DNA from: Actinopolymorphaceae bacterium
GTDB lineage: Bacteria; Actinomycetota; Actinomycetes; Propionibacteriales; Actinopolymorphaceae
Reading direction: 5' to 3'
DNA length: 37,478 bases
Assembly: GCA_050700915.1 (NCBI GenBank)
Contig: JBOHED010000647.1
Location: 1 to 37,478, forward strand
The notes under the pieces were generated by a model. That model did no database searches. It worked only from the letters and a program-made list of their open reading frames with translations, and was not told where the DNA came from. Positions 15,094 through 25,217 of the stretch are shown here, one piece after another. Made by a program: the position numbers and the translations under genes. Position 1 is the first letter of the stretch. Every line of letters begins with the position of its first letter.

Positions 15094-16776
15094 GTGCCCG
15101 AGTTCGTCTACACGATGCGCGGCGTCCGAAAGTCGCTCGGCGACAAGGTCGTCCTCGACAACGTCACCCTCTCGTTCCTTCCGGGAGCGAAGATCGGCGT
15201 CGTCGGCCCCAACGGCACGGGCAAGTCGACCCTGCTCAAGATCATGGCCGGCATGGAACAGCCCTCCAACGGTGAGGTGATGCTGGCGGCCGACGCGACC
15301 GTCGGAATGCTCCAGCAGGAGCCGTCCCTGTCCGAGGACAAGAACGTCCTGGAGAACGTTCAGGAAGGCGTGGCCGACACCAAGGCGATGCTCGACCGGT
15401 TCAACGAGATCTCTGCCGAGCTCGCCGATCCGGACGCGGACTACGACGCGCTACTCGCCGAGATGGGGGACCTGCAGACCCAGCTCGACCACCGCGACGC
15501 CTGGGACCTCGACTCGCGTCTCGAGATGGCGATGGATGCCCTGCGGTGCCCCCCGGCCGACGCCGAGGTCACCCCGCTGTCCGGTGGTGAGCGGCGTCGG
15601 GTCGCGCTGTGCAAGCTCCTGCTGTCCCAACCCGACCTGTTGCTGCTCGACGAGCCGACGAACCACCTAGATGCCGAAAGCGTCCAGTGGCTCGAGCAGC
15701 ACCTCGCCGCCTACCCCGGAGCGGTCCTCGCCGTCACCCACGACCGGTACTTCCTCGACAACGTGGCGCGGTGGATCCTCGAGCTCGACCGCGGCAAGAC
15801 GTTCCCCTACGAGGGCAACTACTCGACCTACCTCGAGACCAAGCAACAGCGCCTCACTGTCGAGGGGCGCAAGGACGCCAAGCGCAAGAGGATCCTCGAG
15901 CAGGAGCTCGAGTGGGTCAGGTCCAATCCGAAGGCGCGACAGGCAAAGAACAAGGCACGGTTGCAGCGGTACGAAGAGCTGGCGACCGAGGCCGAGCGCG
16001 CGAAGAAGATCGACTTCGAGGAGATCCAGGTTCCGCCTGGTCCGCGGCTCGGCAACCTGGTGCTCGACGCGACCGGGCTGACCAAGGGCTTCGGCGATCG
16101 GGTTCTGATCGATGACGTGTCGTTCTCGCTGCCGCGGGCCGGCATCATCGGGGTGATCGGACCCAACGGGGTGGGCAAGACCACCCTGTTCAAGATGATT
16201 GTGGGCGAGGAGAAACCAAACGGCGGCGAGCTGAGGGTGGGCGACACCGTAAGTCTCTCCTACGTCGACCAGAGCCGGGAACGGATTCCGGCGGAGAAGA
16301 CCGTCTGGGAAGCCGTCTCAGACGGCCTGGACTGGATCAGGGTCGCGAGCTTCGAGATGCCGAGTCGGGCGTATGTCGCGTCGTTCGGGTTCAAGGGGCC
16401 AGACCAGCAGAAGCGGGCGGGGATCCTCTCCGGCGGCGAGCGCAACCGGCTCAACCTCGCGCTCACTTTGAAGCAGGGCGGCAACCTGCTGCTTCTCGAC
16501 GAGCCCACCAACGACCTCGATGTCGAGACCCTCCAGTCGCTGGAAAACGCCCTGCTGGAGTTTCCTGGCTGCGCGGTCGTCACCTCTCACGACCGGTGGT
16601 TTCTCGACCGAGTAGCGACCCACATTCTGGCCTGGGAAGGCACCGACGAGAACCCGGCCACGTGGTTCTGGTTCGAGGGAAACTTCGCCGACTACGAAGC
16701 CAACAAGCTCGAGCGACTCGGCCCGGAGGCCGCTCGGCCGCACCGGGTGACCTACCGGCGGCTGACTCGCGACTGA
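15094..16776 (+). CDS. ettA: Energy-dependent translational throttle protein EttA (ABC-F ATPase)
   Basis: (M)PEFVYTM..VRK...DKVVLDNVTLSFLPGAKIGVVGPNGTGKST, two ABC domains, ELEWVRSNPKARQAK linker, PHRVTYRRLTR end. Confidence 0.97.
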   Translation: MPEFVYTMRGVRKSLGDKVVLDNVTLSFLPGAKIGVVGPNGTGKSTLLKIMAGMEQPSNGEVMLAADATVGMLQQEPSLSEDKNVLENVQEGVADTKAMLDRFNEISAELADPDADYDALLAEMGDLQTQLDHRDAWDLDSRLEMAMDALRCPPADAEVTPLSGGERRRVALCKLLLSQPDLLLLDEPTNHLDAESVQWLEQHLAAYPGAVLAVTHDRYFLDNVARWILELDRGKTFPYEGNYSTYLETKQQRLTVEGRKDAKRKRILEQELEWVRSNPKARQAKNKARLQRYEELATEAERAKKIDFEEIQVPPGPRLGNLVLDATGLTKGFGDRVLIDDVSFSLPRAGIIGVIGPNGVGKTTLFKMIVGEEKPNGGELRVGDTVSLSYVDQSRERIPAEKTVWEAVSDGLDWIRVASFEMPSRAYVASFGFKGPDQQKRAGILSGGERNRLNLALTLKQGGNLLLLDEPTNDLDVETLQSLENALLEFPGCAVVTSHDRWFLDRVATHILAWEGTDENPATWFWFEGNFADYEANKLERLGPEAARPHRVTYRRLTRD

Positions 16777-16872
16777 GCCTCGTCGGCGACGCGATCGCCG
16801 GCATCCCCGACATCACGATCGGTGAGACTCTCGCCGACCTCGACGATCCGCGTCCTTTCCGGTGACCTGCCG

Positions 16873-17370
16873 CTAGGCCGTGGAGCGAGACGATGGGATG
16901 GCACGCGACGGCGACGAGTCGTTGTGGGTGATGACCGCACCGAAGGCTCGGCCCACCGCCTCGAAGTCGGCGTCGTCTACGAGGTCGACGAACGCGTCGC
17001 GGACGCCGGCCACGTGAATCGGCGCGGCTTCGACCAACCGGTCGTAGCCCGCGTCAGTGAGCTTGGCGAACACTCCGCGGCGGTCGGACGGGCAGGAGTG
17101 TCGTTCGACGAGTCCGGCAGTCTCCATCCGGGAGATGGTGTGGGTGAGCCGACTCCTGGAGTGGTGGACCGAGGCGGCCAACTCCGCCATTCGCAGCGTG
17201 CGGTCGGTCGCCTCGGACAGGCGCACCATGATCTCGTACTCAGGAAGCGAAAGGCCCAGCTCGGCCAGGTCACGGTCGAGCCGCTCCATGAGGTGTGACG
17301 TGCCGAGCAGGAAGGTACGCCAGGTCCGCTGTTGTGAGGCTGTGAGCCACCGAGGCGTCGTCATGTCCAC
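16873..17370 (-). CDS. MarR-family transcriptional regulator
   Basis: LRMAELAASVHHSRSRLTHTISRME..GLVER..CPSDRRG...LTDAG. Confidence 0.93.
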   Translation of the reverse strand: MDMTTPRWLTASQQRTWRTFLLGTSHLMERLDRDLAELGLSLPEYEIMVRLSEATDRTLRMAELAASVHHSRSRLTHTISRMETAGLVERHSCPSDRRGVFAKLTDAGYDRLVEAAPIHVAGVRDAFVDLVDDADFEAVGRAFGAVITHNDSSPSRAIPSSRSTA

Positions 17371-17385
17371 CAGGATAACGCGGTA

Positions 17386-17440
17386 GTTGACGGTTCAATA
17401 TATCTCAGCTAGCGTTTGGCTCAGTAGTTGAACCGTCAAC
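17386..17440. promoter_or_regulatory. Paired putative MarR operators in the divergent marR-yceI promoter
   Basis: GTTGACGGTTCAA (17386-17398) and its exact inverse TTGAACCGTCAAC (17428-17440), each TTGA-N4-TCAA. Confidence 0.7.
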
Positions 17441-17464
17441 ATCAATCTCGGGAGAGCACGCACC

Positions 17465-18013
17465 ATGACGACTGCCACGACTCCAGCGCTGATCGCCGGG
17501 ACATGGACCATCGATCCAGCCCACTCCGAGGTCGGATTCACGGTCCGTCACCTTATGACCAAGGTGCGCGGATCATTCCGGGAGTTCGAGGGGACGATCG
17601 AGGTCGCCGAGGAGCCTGCCGCTTCGAAGGCGACGGCCGTGATCCAGCTCGCCTCCCTCGACACCGGCACCAAGCAGCGGGACGACCACGTACGGTCGGG
17701 AGATTTCCTCGACATCGCGAACCACCCGACCATGACCTTCGTCTCGACAGGCATCAAGCCCGACGGCGACGGGTTCGTGCTGACCGGTGACCTCACCATC
17801 AAGGGGACCACCCGGTCGGTCGACCTGGCGGCGGAGTTCGTCGGTGTCGACGAGGACCCCTACGGCAACACGCGCGCCGGTTTCGAGGCGAGCACCACGA
17901 TCGACCGCAAGGCTTTCGGCGTCGACACCAACGTGCCGCTCGGCGGCGAGAAGTTCCTCATCGGTGACCAGGTGTCGGTTCAGCTGTCCGTCCAGGCCAT
18001 CCTGCAGAAGTAG
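17465..18013 (+). CDS. YceI-family (polyisoprenoid-binding) protein
   Basis: GTWTIDPAHSEVGFTVRHLMTKVRGSF, RDDHVRSGDFLD, GDLTIKG. Confidence 0.95.
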   Translation: MTTATTPALIAGTWTIDPAHSEVGFTVRHLMTKVRGSFREFEGTIEVAEEPAASKATAVIQLASLDTGTKQRDDHVRSGDFLDIANHPTMTFVSTGIKPDGDGFVLTGDLTIKGTTRSVDLAAEFVGVDEDPYGNTRAGFEASTTIDRKAFGVDTNVPLGGEKFLIGDQVSVQLSVQAILQK

Positions 18014-18091
18014 GAGATGGACAGGCATGACAGCCGCCGGCCCGCCCGATCCCCGACGACTGGTCACGGGGTGACCTGAGAGGATCGCGGC

Positions 18092-18502
18092 GTGCCGCCT
18101 TTCGTTTTCGAGTGCCCGCTGCGCTGGTCCGACATGGATTCGTACGGTCACGTCAACAACGTCGAGTTCCTCCGCCTGCTCGAGGAAGCGCGGGTCGCGT
18201 TGTTTTTCGACAGCGCGAGGGAGGCGGGGGTGAAGACCTTCGAAGGCGAGCTCGTCGTCGTACGCCATGAGATCGACTACAAGCGGCCCCTGGTCTACCG
18301 GCGTGACCCGATCACCATCGAGACCTGGGTGAGCGAGCTCCGTTCGTCAACGTTCACCCTCGACTACGACATGAGGGACCGATCGACGCGCTACGCGACC
18401 GCCAGAAGCGTCCTTGCCGCCTACGACGCCCAGCGCGGAAGTGCCCGCCGGCTGAGCCCGGAGGAACGGTCATGGCTGGAGCGGTACCGGTCAGCCGAGT
18501 GA
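18092..18502 (+). CDS. Acyl-CoA thioesterase (hot-dog fold, 4HBT-like)
   Basis: LRWSDMDSYGHVNNVEFLRLLEEAR. Confidence 0.93.
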   Translation: MPPFVFECPLRWSDMDSYGHVNNVEFLRLLEEARVALFFDSAREAGVKTFEGELVVVRHEIDYKRPLVYRRDPITIETWVSELRSSTFTLDYDMRDRSTRYATARSVLAAYDAQRGSARRLSPEERSWLERYRSAE

Positions 18503-18538
18503 CGACCCGACGGGTGCCAGCAGACCGACTCCACCCGA

Positions 18539-19345
18539 TCAGGTCAGCTCACGCCAGAGGGCGCGGACGAACTGAACGCGCATGCCCACGCGTTCCATCG
18601 CGCGATGACTGGTCGAGAGGTAGTCGGCACCGCTACAGACGAAGGTGACACCTGCCGTGTGCGCGTCGGCGATCCGGCGTCTGAGCAGGGCGGACTGCAG
18701 CCCTCGTCGTCGACGTGCCGGGTCGGTCGCCGCGTCGGCGCAGTAGCCCACACCGTCCCGGAGGTAGAGAATGCCTGCGGCTGCCGGCCGCCCATCGACC
18801 CGCGCAAGGTAGAGCTGCCATCCCGGCTCCTCCAGCCATGCCCGCACGTTGGCCTTGAAGCCGTCGCCGTCGGGAATCTGCCAACCGGCGATGTACGCGT
18901 CGAGGAAGGCGTCCAACTGTTCAGCGGTGACGACCCGCTCGACCACGGAGTCGTCGGCAGCGGTGGGCAACGGCGTGGGGTCGCGGACGAGCGAGGTGTG
19001 GAAATCCGCCTGGAAGTACCCGAGCCGGGACAGCTCCCTTCCGAGCTCGCCGTCATAGTCACCAGGGACCAGCTCGAACTGCGGATGGACGCCAGCGGCC
19101 TGGTACCACTCGACAAGGGGTTCGATGTGCCGTTCGTGTCCGCCGCGCAGCCCGGTGACGGCATTGAGGCCGGGCACCGGAAGATTCCGCGCCATCATCG
19201 CGACAACGCCCTCGTCGAGGTGGCGGTACGCGACACCGACCGGATTGCCGGGTATGCGCTCGAGCAGTTGGAGCCGTGACAGCGTGTAGGCCGTCTCGGT
19301 GGCAACGGTCTGGCGGATCCGGTCGAGAGAGGGCAGTAGGAGCAT
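18539..19345 (-). CDS. GNAT-family N-acetyltransferase
   Basis: AATDPARRRRGLQSALL acetyl-CoA motif A, STSHRAMERVG. Confidence 0.85.
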   Translation of the reverse strand: MLLLPSLDRIRQTVATETAYTLSRLQLLERIPGNPVGVAYRHLDEGVVAMMARNLPVPGLNAVTGLRGGHERHIEPLVEWYQAAGVHPQFELVPGDYDGELGRELSRLGYFQADFHTSLVRDPTPLPTAADDSVVERVVTAEQLDAFLDAYIAGWQIPDGDGFKANVRAWLEEPGWQLYLARVDGRPAAAGILYLRDGVGYCADAATDPARRRRGLQSALLRRRIADAHTAGVTFVCSGADYLSTSHRAMERVGMRVQFVRALWRELT

Positions 19346-19363
19346 GGTGGATGATAGGCCGAC

Positions 19364-20305
19364 TCACCGAGATCTGCGTGCTCTGCGCTTCACGTTGACG
19401 CCACCCCAGAACGCAAGTCCGGTGACACGTACGACCGGCCGACCGGATCGGGGTACGACCGGAGCTCCGCCGGTGCCAGGGCCCGGGTCGACACCGGGGC
19501 TGTCGACACCGGGAGACTGGGGGTCAGTGCGGGTGTGACCAGGACCGCCGTGGCCGGCATGGAATCCGGTGGGCAGTCGGTCGCCAGGGTTTCCGGAGTC
19601 GCCAGAGTTTCCGGAGTCGGCAGGGTTTCCGGAGTCGGCAGGGTTTCCAGAGTCGGCAGGGTCGGGCTCGGTGACCTCGGTGCTGTCGTCGAAACCGCCC
19701 ATGATCCCCACGCCGTCGACGATCACGTCGACGTCCTCCGGGACGATCACCTCGATGCCGCCCATGACCGCGAACGCCCGGATGGTCACCTCCGGTTGGG
19801 TGAAGCGGGCGTTCCGCAGGTCGAGGTTGACCCCGCCCCAGAAGGCAACCGCGGTGTGCGAGTGGGGGACCACCCAGGACCCTCGCCGGTTGACCCCCGA
19901 CATGAAGGCGATCGAGATCGTTTGGCCGGACTGGCTACCCCGGTAGGTGCGCGCCGTGGACGCGTCCGGTTGCGGCGCAGCCCCCGAGCGCGCGTGGACG
20001 GCCGGAAGATCATGGGTGAAGCGGTCCAGCTCGGCGTAGGTCCGAGCGGCGTAGATACCGTCGAGGCGCTGGTCCAGTTCGTCAAGGGTGAGGCGCCCGT
20101 CGCCCGCGGCGTCACGCAGTCGTTCGGCGACCTGGTTCCGGTCGGCGTCCGAGGCGCGGACATCACGCGGCCCGGTCGGCTCGGCCAACCCGGTCGGCTC
20201 GGCTAACCCGGTCGGCTCGGCCAACTCAGTCCGTTCGGTCGGCTCGGTCGACCCAGCCAATTCGGTCCGTTCGGTCGGCTCGGTCGGGTCAGAAGGCTGT
20301 GTCAC
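19364..20305 (-). CDS. DUF1707 (SHOCT-like) domain protein with LiaF-like C-terminal domain
   Basis: RASDADRNQVAERLRDAAGDGRLTLDELDQRL..ART..EL, then AFWGGVNLDLRNA, AVMGGIEVIVP. Confidence 0.88.
   Translation of the reverse strand: MTQPSDPTEPTERTELAGSTEPTERTELAEPTGLAEPTGLAEPTGPRDVRASDADRNQVAERLRDAAGDGRLTLDELDQRLDGIYAARTYAELDRFTHDLPAVHARSGAAPQPDASTARTYRGSQSGQTISIAFMSGVNRRGSWVVPHSHTAVAFWGGVNLDLRNARFTQPEVTIRAFAVMGGIEVIVPEDVDVIVDGVGIMGGFDDSTEVTEPDPADSGNPADSGNPADSGNSGDSGNPGDRLPTGFHAGHGGPGHTRTDPQSPGVDSPGVDPGPGTGGAPVVPRSGRPVVRVTGLAFWGGVNVKRRARRSR
19580..19662. repeat. 18-bp in-frame tandem repeat (about 4.6 copies, PADSGN)
   Basis: GTCG(C/G)CAG(G/A)GTTTCC(G/A)GA units inside the DUF1707 gene. Further 18/27-bp repeats at about 20172-20290 (EPTGLA / EPTERTELA). 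Confidence 0.85.
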
Positions 20306-20423
20306 GGCGACAGCTTAGAACGCCGGCCAGGCCCCCGTCGCCCTCCAGCCGGCGTGCTGCTCGCCCCACGCGGAACGCCCGCCGCCAGCATGGGCCGGTC
20401 CTGGTCGGCCCGTCCGCCCGACC

Positions 20424-20469
20424 TTGCGGGGTCTCCTGATTCGGTCTAGTTTGCCGAGAAAGCGCTTAC
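20424..20469 (+). promoter_or_regulatory. Promoter with LacI-type operator
   Basis: TTGCGG-N17-TAGTTT followed by GAAAGCGCTTAC (20458-20469), the AAGCGCTT core typical of LacI-family operators. Confidence 0.6.
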
Positions 20470-20563
20470 CCAGCTGAGCGACACTGCGGCACCGCGAGAG
20501 CCGCTCAGCCCACGCGACGACCGGCACGGCGGCGACCCGGGGCGGTCGCCGGAAGGAGTTCGG

Positions 20564-21949
20564 ATGACCACGCAGGATCCCTCGACTACACCAACGGCCA
20601 ACACTGGCGGGCCGGGTGGGGGCGACCGGGCACGCTACGCCGTGGTCGGCTTGGGTTCCAGGTCCCGGATGTTCACGACGGCGCTCCTCACCGGGTACCG
20701 GGAGAGCGGGCAGCTGGTTGCGCTGTGCGACCCCAACCAGACCCGGATGGCGTACTACAACAAGGCGTTCACCGAGGACCACGGCATCGAACCTGTTCCG
20801 ACGTACGCACCCGACGAGTTCGTCCGCATGCTCGACGAGCAGCGCGTCGACACCGTGATCGTCACGTCGGTCGACCGTACGCATGACCACTACATCGTGA
20901 TGGCCATGGAACACGGCCGCGACGTCATCTCCGAGAAGCCGTTGACGACCGACGAGGACAAGTGTCAACGCATCCTTGACACCCAGCACCGCACCGGCCA
21001 GAGCCTCACCGTCTCGTTCAACTATCGTTACGCGCCGCGTAACTCGGCGGTCAAGGATCTCATCCAGTCCGGGGCGATCGGTGACGTTCAGTCGGTGCAC
21101 TTCGAGTGGCTGCTCGACACCAAGCACGGCGCGGACTACTTCCGCAGGTGGCACCGCGACAAGCGCAACTCCGGTGGCCTGATGATCCACAAGGCCAGCC
21201 ACCACTTCGACCTGGTGAACTGGTGGCTCGGCACGGTGCCGGAGTCCGTGTTCGGGTTCGGCGACCTCCGCTTCTACGGCCGCGACAATGCCGAACGCCG
21301 GGGCGAGCCCGTCCGCAGTTACCGCAGCCATGGCAGCCCCGACAGCGAGAAGAGTCCCTGGGCGATCAGTCTTGCCGACGACCCGACGCTGCGCGCGCTC
21401 TATCTCGACGCCGAGCACGAGGACGGATACGTGCGTGACCGCAACGTCTTCGCCGACGGCATCAGCATCGAGGACGACATGTCGGTGCTCGTCCGCTACG
21501 CCACCGGCGCGACGATGACCTACCACCTCACGGCCTACTCACCGTGGGAGGGCTACCGCGTCATGTTCAACGGGACGAAGGGCCGCCTGGAGCTCAACGT
21601 CGAGGAACGTTCGTACGTCAGCGGTACGGCGCAAGACCCGAACAAGCCGGGCGCGGGCGCGGCGAAGAAGGCAACGCCCATCGACCGCGCGCAGCTGATG
21701 ATCCGGCCGTTGTGGGACGTACCGCAGCCGGTCGAGGTCGAAGAGGGCGCCGGCGGTCACGGTGGCGGTGACCGGCGGCTGCTCAATGACCTGTTCGGTG
21801 AGGTCAAGGAGGCCGACCCACTCGGCCGTGCCGCGACCCATGTCGATGGTGCGTACGCCATGTTGGTCGGCGCCGCGGCGAACCGCTCGTTCGCGAGTGG
21901 GCAGCCCGTCCGGATCCGCGACCTCGTCGACTTCCCGGGCGGGCGCTGA
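20564..21949 (+). CDS. Gfo/Idh/MocA-family oxidoreductase
   Basis: YAVVGLGSR Rossmann start, SEKP, HGADYFRRWHR, SGGLMIHKASHHFD, GHGGGD. AAGGAG RBS. Confidence 0.93.
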   Translation: MTTQDPSTTPTANTGGPGGGDRARYAVVGLGSRSRMFTTALLTGYRESGQLVALCDPNQTRMAYYNKAFTEDHGIEPVPTYAPDEFVRMLDEQRVDTVIVTSVDRTHDHYIVMAMEHGRDVISEKPLTTDEDKCQRILDTQHRTGQSLTVSFNYRYAPRNSAVKDLIQSGAIGDVQSVHFEWLLDTKHGADYFRRWHRDKRNSGGLMIHKASHHFDLVNWWLGTVPESVFGFGDLRFYGRDNAERRGEPVRSYRSHGSPDSEKSPWAISLADDPTLRALYLDAEHEDGYVRDRNVFADGISIEDDMSVLVRYATGATMTYHLTAYSPWEGYRVMFNGTKGRLELNVEERSYVSGTAQDPNKPGAGAAKKATPIDRAQLMIRPLWDVPQPVEVEEGAGGHGGGDRRLLNDLFGEVKEADPLGRAATHVDGAYAMLVGAAANRSFASGQPVRIRDLVDFPGGR

Positions 21950-21998
21950 TCCGGGAGCGGACCCCTGGGCGGTGATCTGGCGGGGACCCGGACGCTCG

Positions 21999-24359
21999 TC
22001 AGGCGGTCGCGACGATTTCGTAACGCTGGCCTGCCCGAGTGGGTACCGTCACCGCGCAGCCGCTGCGGTGATGGTCCACCAGGTCGCCGGTCGCGCACTC
22101 GATGAGAACATAGCGGCCGCCTGCAAAGAGCGTACTCACCAGTCGCAGCTTGACACCCCTTGCCGGGGACAGATGCACGCGCGTGGGTTGGCCACCCGCC
22201 CAGGCGATGTCCACGATGACGCCGCCACGTCCGCGCAGTCCGGCGACGCTCCCTTGACGCCAGCTGGCCGGTAGCGCGGGAAGGATGTGAACTGTCGCGT
22301 GGTCAGCGCTGTCCCACCGGCTCTGGAGCAGCATCTCCGCGATCCCCGCTGACGCACCGAAGTTGCCGTCGATCTGGAACGGAGGGTGGGTGTCCCAGAG
22401 ATTGGAGAGTGTGGAGTGCCGCAGCAGCTCCCGCAGCATCCGGTGCGCATGGTCCCCGTCGTGCAACCGGGCCCAGAAGTTGATCTTCCACGCCTTGCTC
22501 CAGCCCGTGCCGCCGTCACCACGTGCCCGCAGCGTTGTCCTGGCAGCCTCGGCCAACTCGGGGGTCGTCCCGGGGGAGATCCGTCCGCCGGGGTGCAGTG
22601 CGTACAGATGTGAGACATGGCGATGTTCGTCGGTGGCGTCGTCCAGGTCCGGTTTCCACTCCTGAAGCTGGCCCCAGTCGCCGATCCGCAGGCCAGAGTC
22701 CAGCCGTTGCCGCGCGGCGCTGAGCCGCCGCCGGAAGGCCGCGTCCTCACCGAGGACCTCACTCGCCGCGATCGTGTGTGCGAACAGGTCGGCCACCACC
22801 TGCTGCGCCATGGACGCCCCCGTGGTCACCGGACCGTGCTCGGGCGAGTAGCTCGGCGAGACGACCAGCAGGTCGTCGTCGACATCGGTGACCAGGAAGT
22901 CAAGCCAGAACAACGCCGCCTCGGCCATGACCGGATATGCCAACGTACGAAGGAACTCCACGTCACCGCTGAACTCGTAGTGTTCCCACAGGTGCCGGCA
23001 CAGCCAGGCCGCCGCCTCCGGAAACCAGAACGATGTCGGATGGTCGCGGACACCGGCGAATCCCCAGATGTTGGTCTGGTTGCCGACGATCCAGCCGCTG
23101 GCTCCGTCGAGTTGCTTCGCCGCGTCGCGTCCGGCCGGTCGTAGCGCGTTGATGAAGTCCATGAGCGGGGTGACGGTCTCGGCGAGGTTGGTGGTCTCGG
23201 CGGGCCAGTAGTTCATCTGCAGGTTTATGTTGACGTGGTAGTCGCTAGACCAGGGCGGCTTCGTCGACGCGTTCCACACGCCTTGCAGATTGGCCGGAAG
23301 CGAACCGGGCCGCGACGACGCGAGGAGGAGATAGCGCCCGTACTGGAAGTACAACGCCTCCAGGGCACGCGCGTCCGGGCCGGTTCCGTCATAGGCGGCG
23401 AGAAGCTCGTCGGTCGGGAGAAGCGTGTGGGTGGGCTGGCCGATGTCGATGCGTACACGTCCGAACGATGCGGTGTAGTCGGCGAGATGGCTGGTGCGTA
23501 GGGCGGAGTACGGTTGCGCGGCCGCGGCGCTGATCCGACGCGAGACCTTCCGATGCGGCTTCTTCCCGCGGTAGCTGGGATAACGCTCGGCATAGTCGGT
23601 GCCGGCGCAGACGATCAGGGTGACGGCTCGGGCCTCTCGTACCGTTACCGATTCCTCGCCGTCGAGCAGGGAACCGTCCTCGGCCACGACAAGCAACTGC
23701 GCCTCGTAGCGCAACCCGTTGTCAGGAAGGGATCCCCGCACCGTGATCCTGCCGTCGTTGACGTGCACCCTCGCACCGTGATGCGGAGACTCGAATCGCA
23801 CGGTCAGCGACAGTTTGCCGGCCTGACTCGCTTCCAGCCTGGTCGCAAGGACGCCATCGGGGTAGCTCGCGAGATGCTCGCGGGAGTAGTGGATGCCGTC
23901 GATATCGTAGTCCACACGGGAGATCGCGGTCGTGAGGTCGAGACTGCGCCGATAGTTGTCCGCACTCACTCCGGCGTCGTGGACGTCCACATACACATCG
24001 CCGAACGGCTGGTACGCACCGAACGCCCAGTCCCGCTGGCCGAGCTTCTCCGCAAGCCAGGACGGTTCCGCGGTGCCGTGGGCGGCCAGGTGGTCGCGTA
24101 CCTCCTGGAGGGCACCGGCTCGGGGACGCTCCCACAGTCCGTACGCATACGGGTGTCCGTCCTCGACCGAGCCAGGACCACCGGTCCACAAGGTCTTTTC
24201 GTTCAGCTGCAGCCGCTCGGTCGCTACGCCGCCGAACACCATCGCGCCCAGGCGACCGTTGCCGATCGGCAGGGCCTCGCTTTCCCAGTCGGTCGCGGGG
24301 TGGGTGTACCAGAGCGTGAGAGCATGGGGAAACGGGGTGGTCGCGCTGACGTCAGCCAT
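21999..24359 (-). CDS. Glycoside hydrolase family 95 (alpha-L-fucosidase-like)
   Basis: ALPIGNGRLGAM, QLNEKTLWTGG, FQYGRYLL, PANLQGVWN, YHVNINLQMNYWP, HRHVSHL, TGWSKAW, PPFQIDGNFG. Confidence 0.95.
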   Translation of the reverse strand: MADVSATTPFPHALTLWYTHPATDWESEALPIGNGRLGAMVFGGVATERLQLNEKTLWTGGPGSVEDGHPYAYGLWERPRAGALQEVRDHLAAHGTAEPSWLAEKLGQRDWAFGAYQPFGDVYVDVHDAGVSADNYRRSLDLTTAISRVDYDIDGIHYSREHLASYPDGVLATRLEASQAGKLSLTVRFESPHHGARVHVNDGRITVRGSLPDNGLRYEAQLLVVAEDGSLLDGEESVTVREARAVTLIVCAGTDYAERYPSYRGKKPHRKVSRRISAAAAQPYSALRTSHLADYTASFGRVRIDIGQPTHTLLPTDELLAAYDGTGPDARALEALYFQYGRYLLLASSRPGSLPANLQGVWNASTKPPWSSDYHVNINLQMNYWPAETTNLAETVTPLMDFINALRPAGRDAAKQLDGASGWIVGNQTNIWGFAGVRDHPTSFWFPEAAAWLCRHLWEHYEFSGDVEFLRTLAYPVMAEAALFWLDFLVTDVDDDLLVVSPSYSPEHGPVTTGASMAQQVVADLFAHTIAASEVLGEDAAFRRRLSAARQRLDSGLRIGDWGQLQEWKPDLDDATDEHRHVSHLYALHPGGRISPGTTPELAEAARTTLRARGDGGTGWSKAWKINFWARLHDGDHAHRMLRELLRHSTLSNLWDTHPPFQIDGNFGASAGIAEMLLQSRWDSADHATVHILPALPASWRQGSVAGLRGRGGVIVDIAWAGGQPTRVHLSPARGVKLRLVSTLFAGGRYVLIECATGDLVDHHRSGCAVTVPTRAGQRYEIVATA

Positions 24360-24431
24360 CGATCGGATGGACGTGATGGCGAGCCTCCTGACGGTAGTCG
24401 GGATCGGGCTCGTATCTGGACCTTCGATCGT

Positions 24432-24442
24432 ACATCTGATGT
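24432..24442. promoter_or_regulatory. Palindrome ACATCTGATGT, putative GntR/FadR-type operator upstream of GH95
   Basis: Perfect 5-1-5 palindrome about 75 nt upstream of the GH95 start. Confidence 0.5.
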
Positions 24443-24559
24443 TTCGGAGCCGTCAGCGATTCGATCTTTCGGTCCGTCCAGCGCTGTCCGTCGACGGCGC
24501 ATGCGTCCGGTCGCTCTCACGGCCGAACATGTCGAGTCGGCTTGGTCACGTCCTCGTTG

Positions 24560-24964
24560 GCCAGAACACCGCACGCGTTGCCGGCGTGGTTGGCGCCGAG
24601 TCGGGCGCTGTCCGACGTGAGATAGCCCGCGTGGTAGCTACCGCCATCATCGTTGTGGGCGCGGTCGCCAGGGATCGCACGTCAACGGACGCGCCGTCCC
24701 TGGCGTGGTCGCTGAGGACGCCGGTGACGGCAAGCATGCGACGTCGAATGCCGTGAGGGTGCACCTGCAGTTCGCGGCGAGGTTGATCGACTCCAACCGT
24801 CGGCGTTGGCATCGACTGTCGCTTGGATGAGCTCGTCGGAGTCGTATGCGACTTCTGTGGTGTCGTTGCCCCACCCCATCCCGGGGGCCCACGCGTCCCG
24901 GCCGCGGCGGCTCGGGAGGTCTGCACGGGCAGTGTTCGTCGCCAGGTTCAATCCCGGTCATCAC
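24560..24964 (-). pseudogene. Decayed inverted paralogue of the adjacent beta-helix protein gene
   Basis: Minus-strand fragments VMTG, NDTTEVAYDSDELIQATVDAN, INLAANCRCTLTAF and DRAHNDDGG match VMTG, NDAVEIGCEPDELIQAILDVN, IKLAADCTYSLTAY and NRADDDGG of 25218-26750, in shifting frames. 3' limit approximate. Confidence 0.75.
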
Positions 24965-25217
24965 TCGACAGTGGTACCCCGCGTAAAAGGCACGGCAGTA
25001 ACAGGTACGGCGCTGGTGCGACGCTAAAACTTCGAGTGGTCGGCACGTCGGTCACACTGCCTTGCGAAAGGGGGTGAACCCTGACCGGATTCTTAGGCAT
25101 GTCGGCCGGCAGGCCAATTAGCATGACCATTCTCCGTGATCCAGCGACTGTTTCTTTGAGAATCCTCATCGTTGATAGCGTCCTCATAACTGAGAATTCA
25201 GCCACGAGGGGAGTGCT

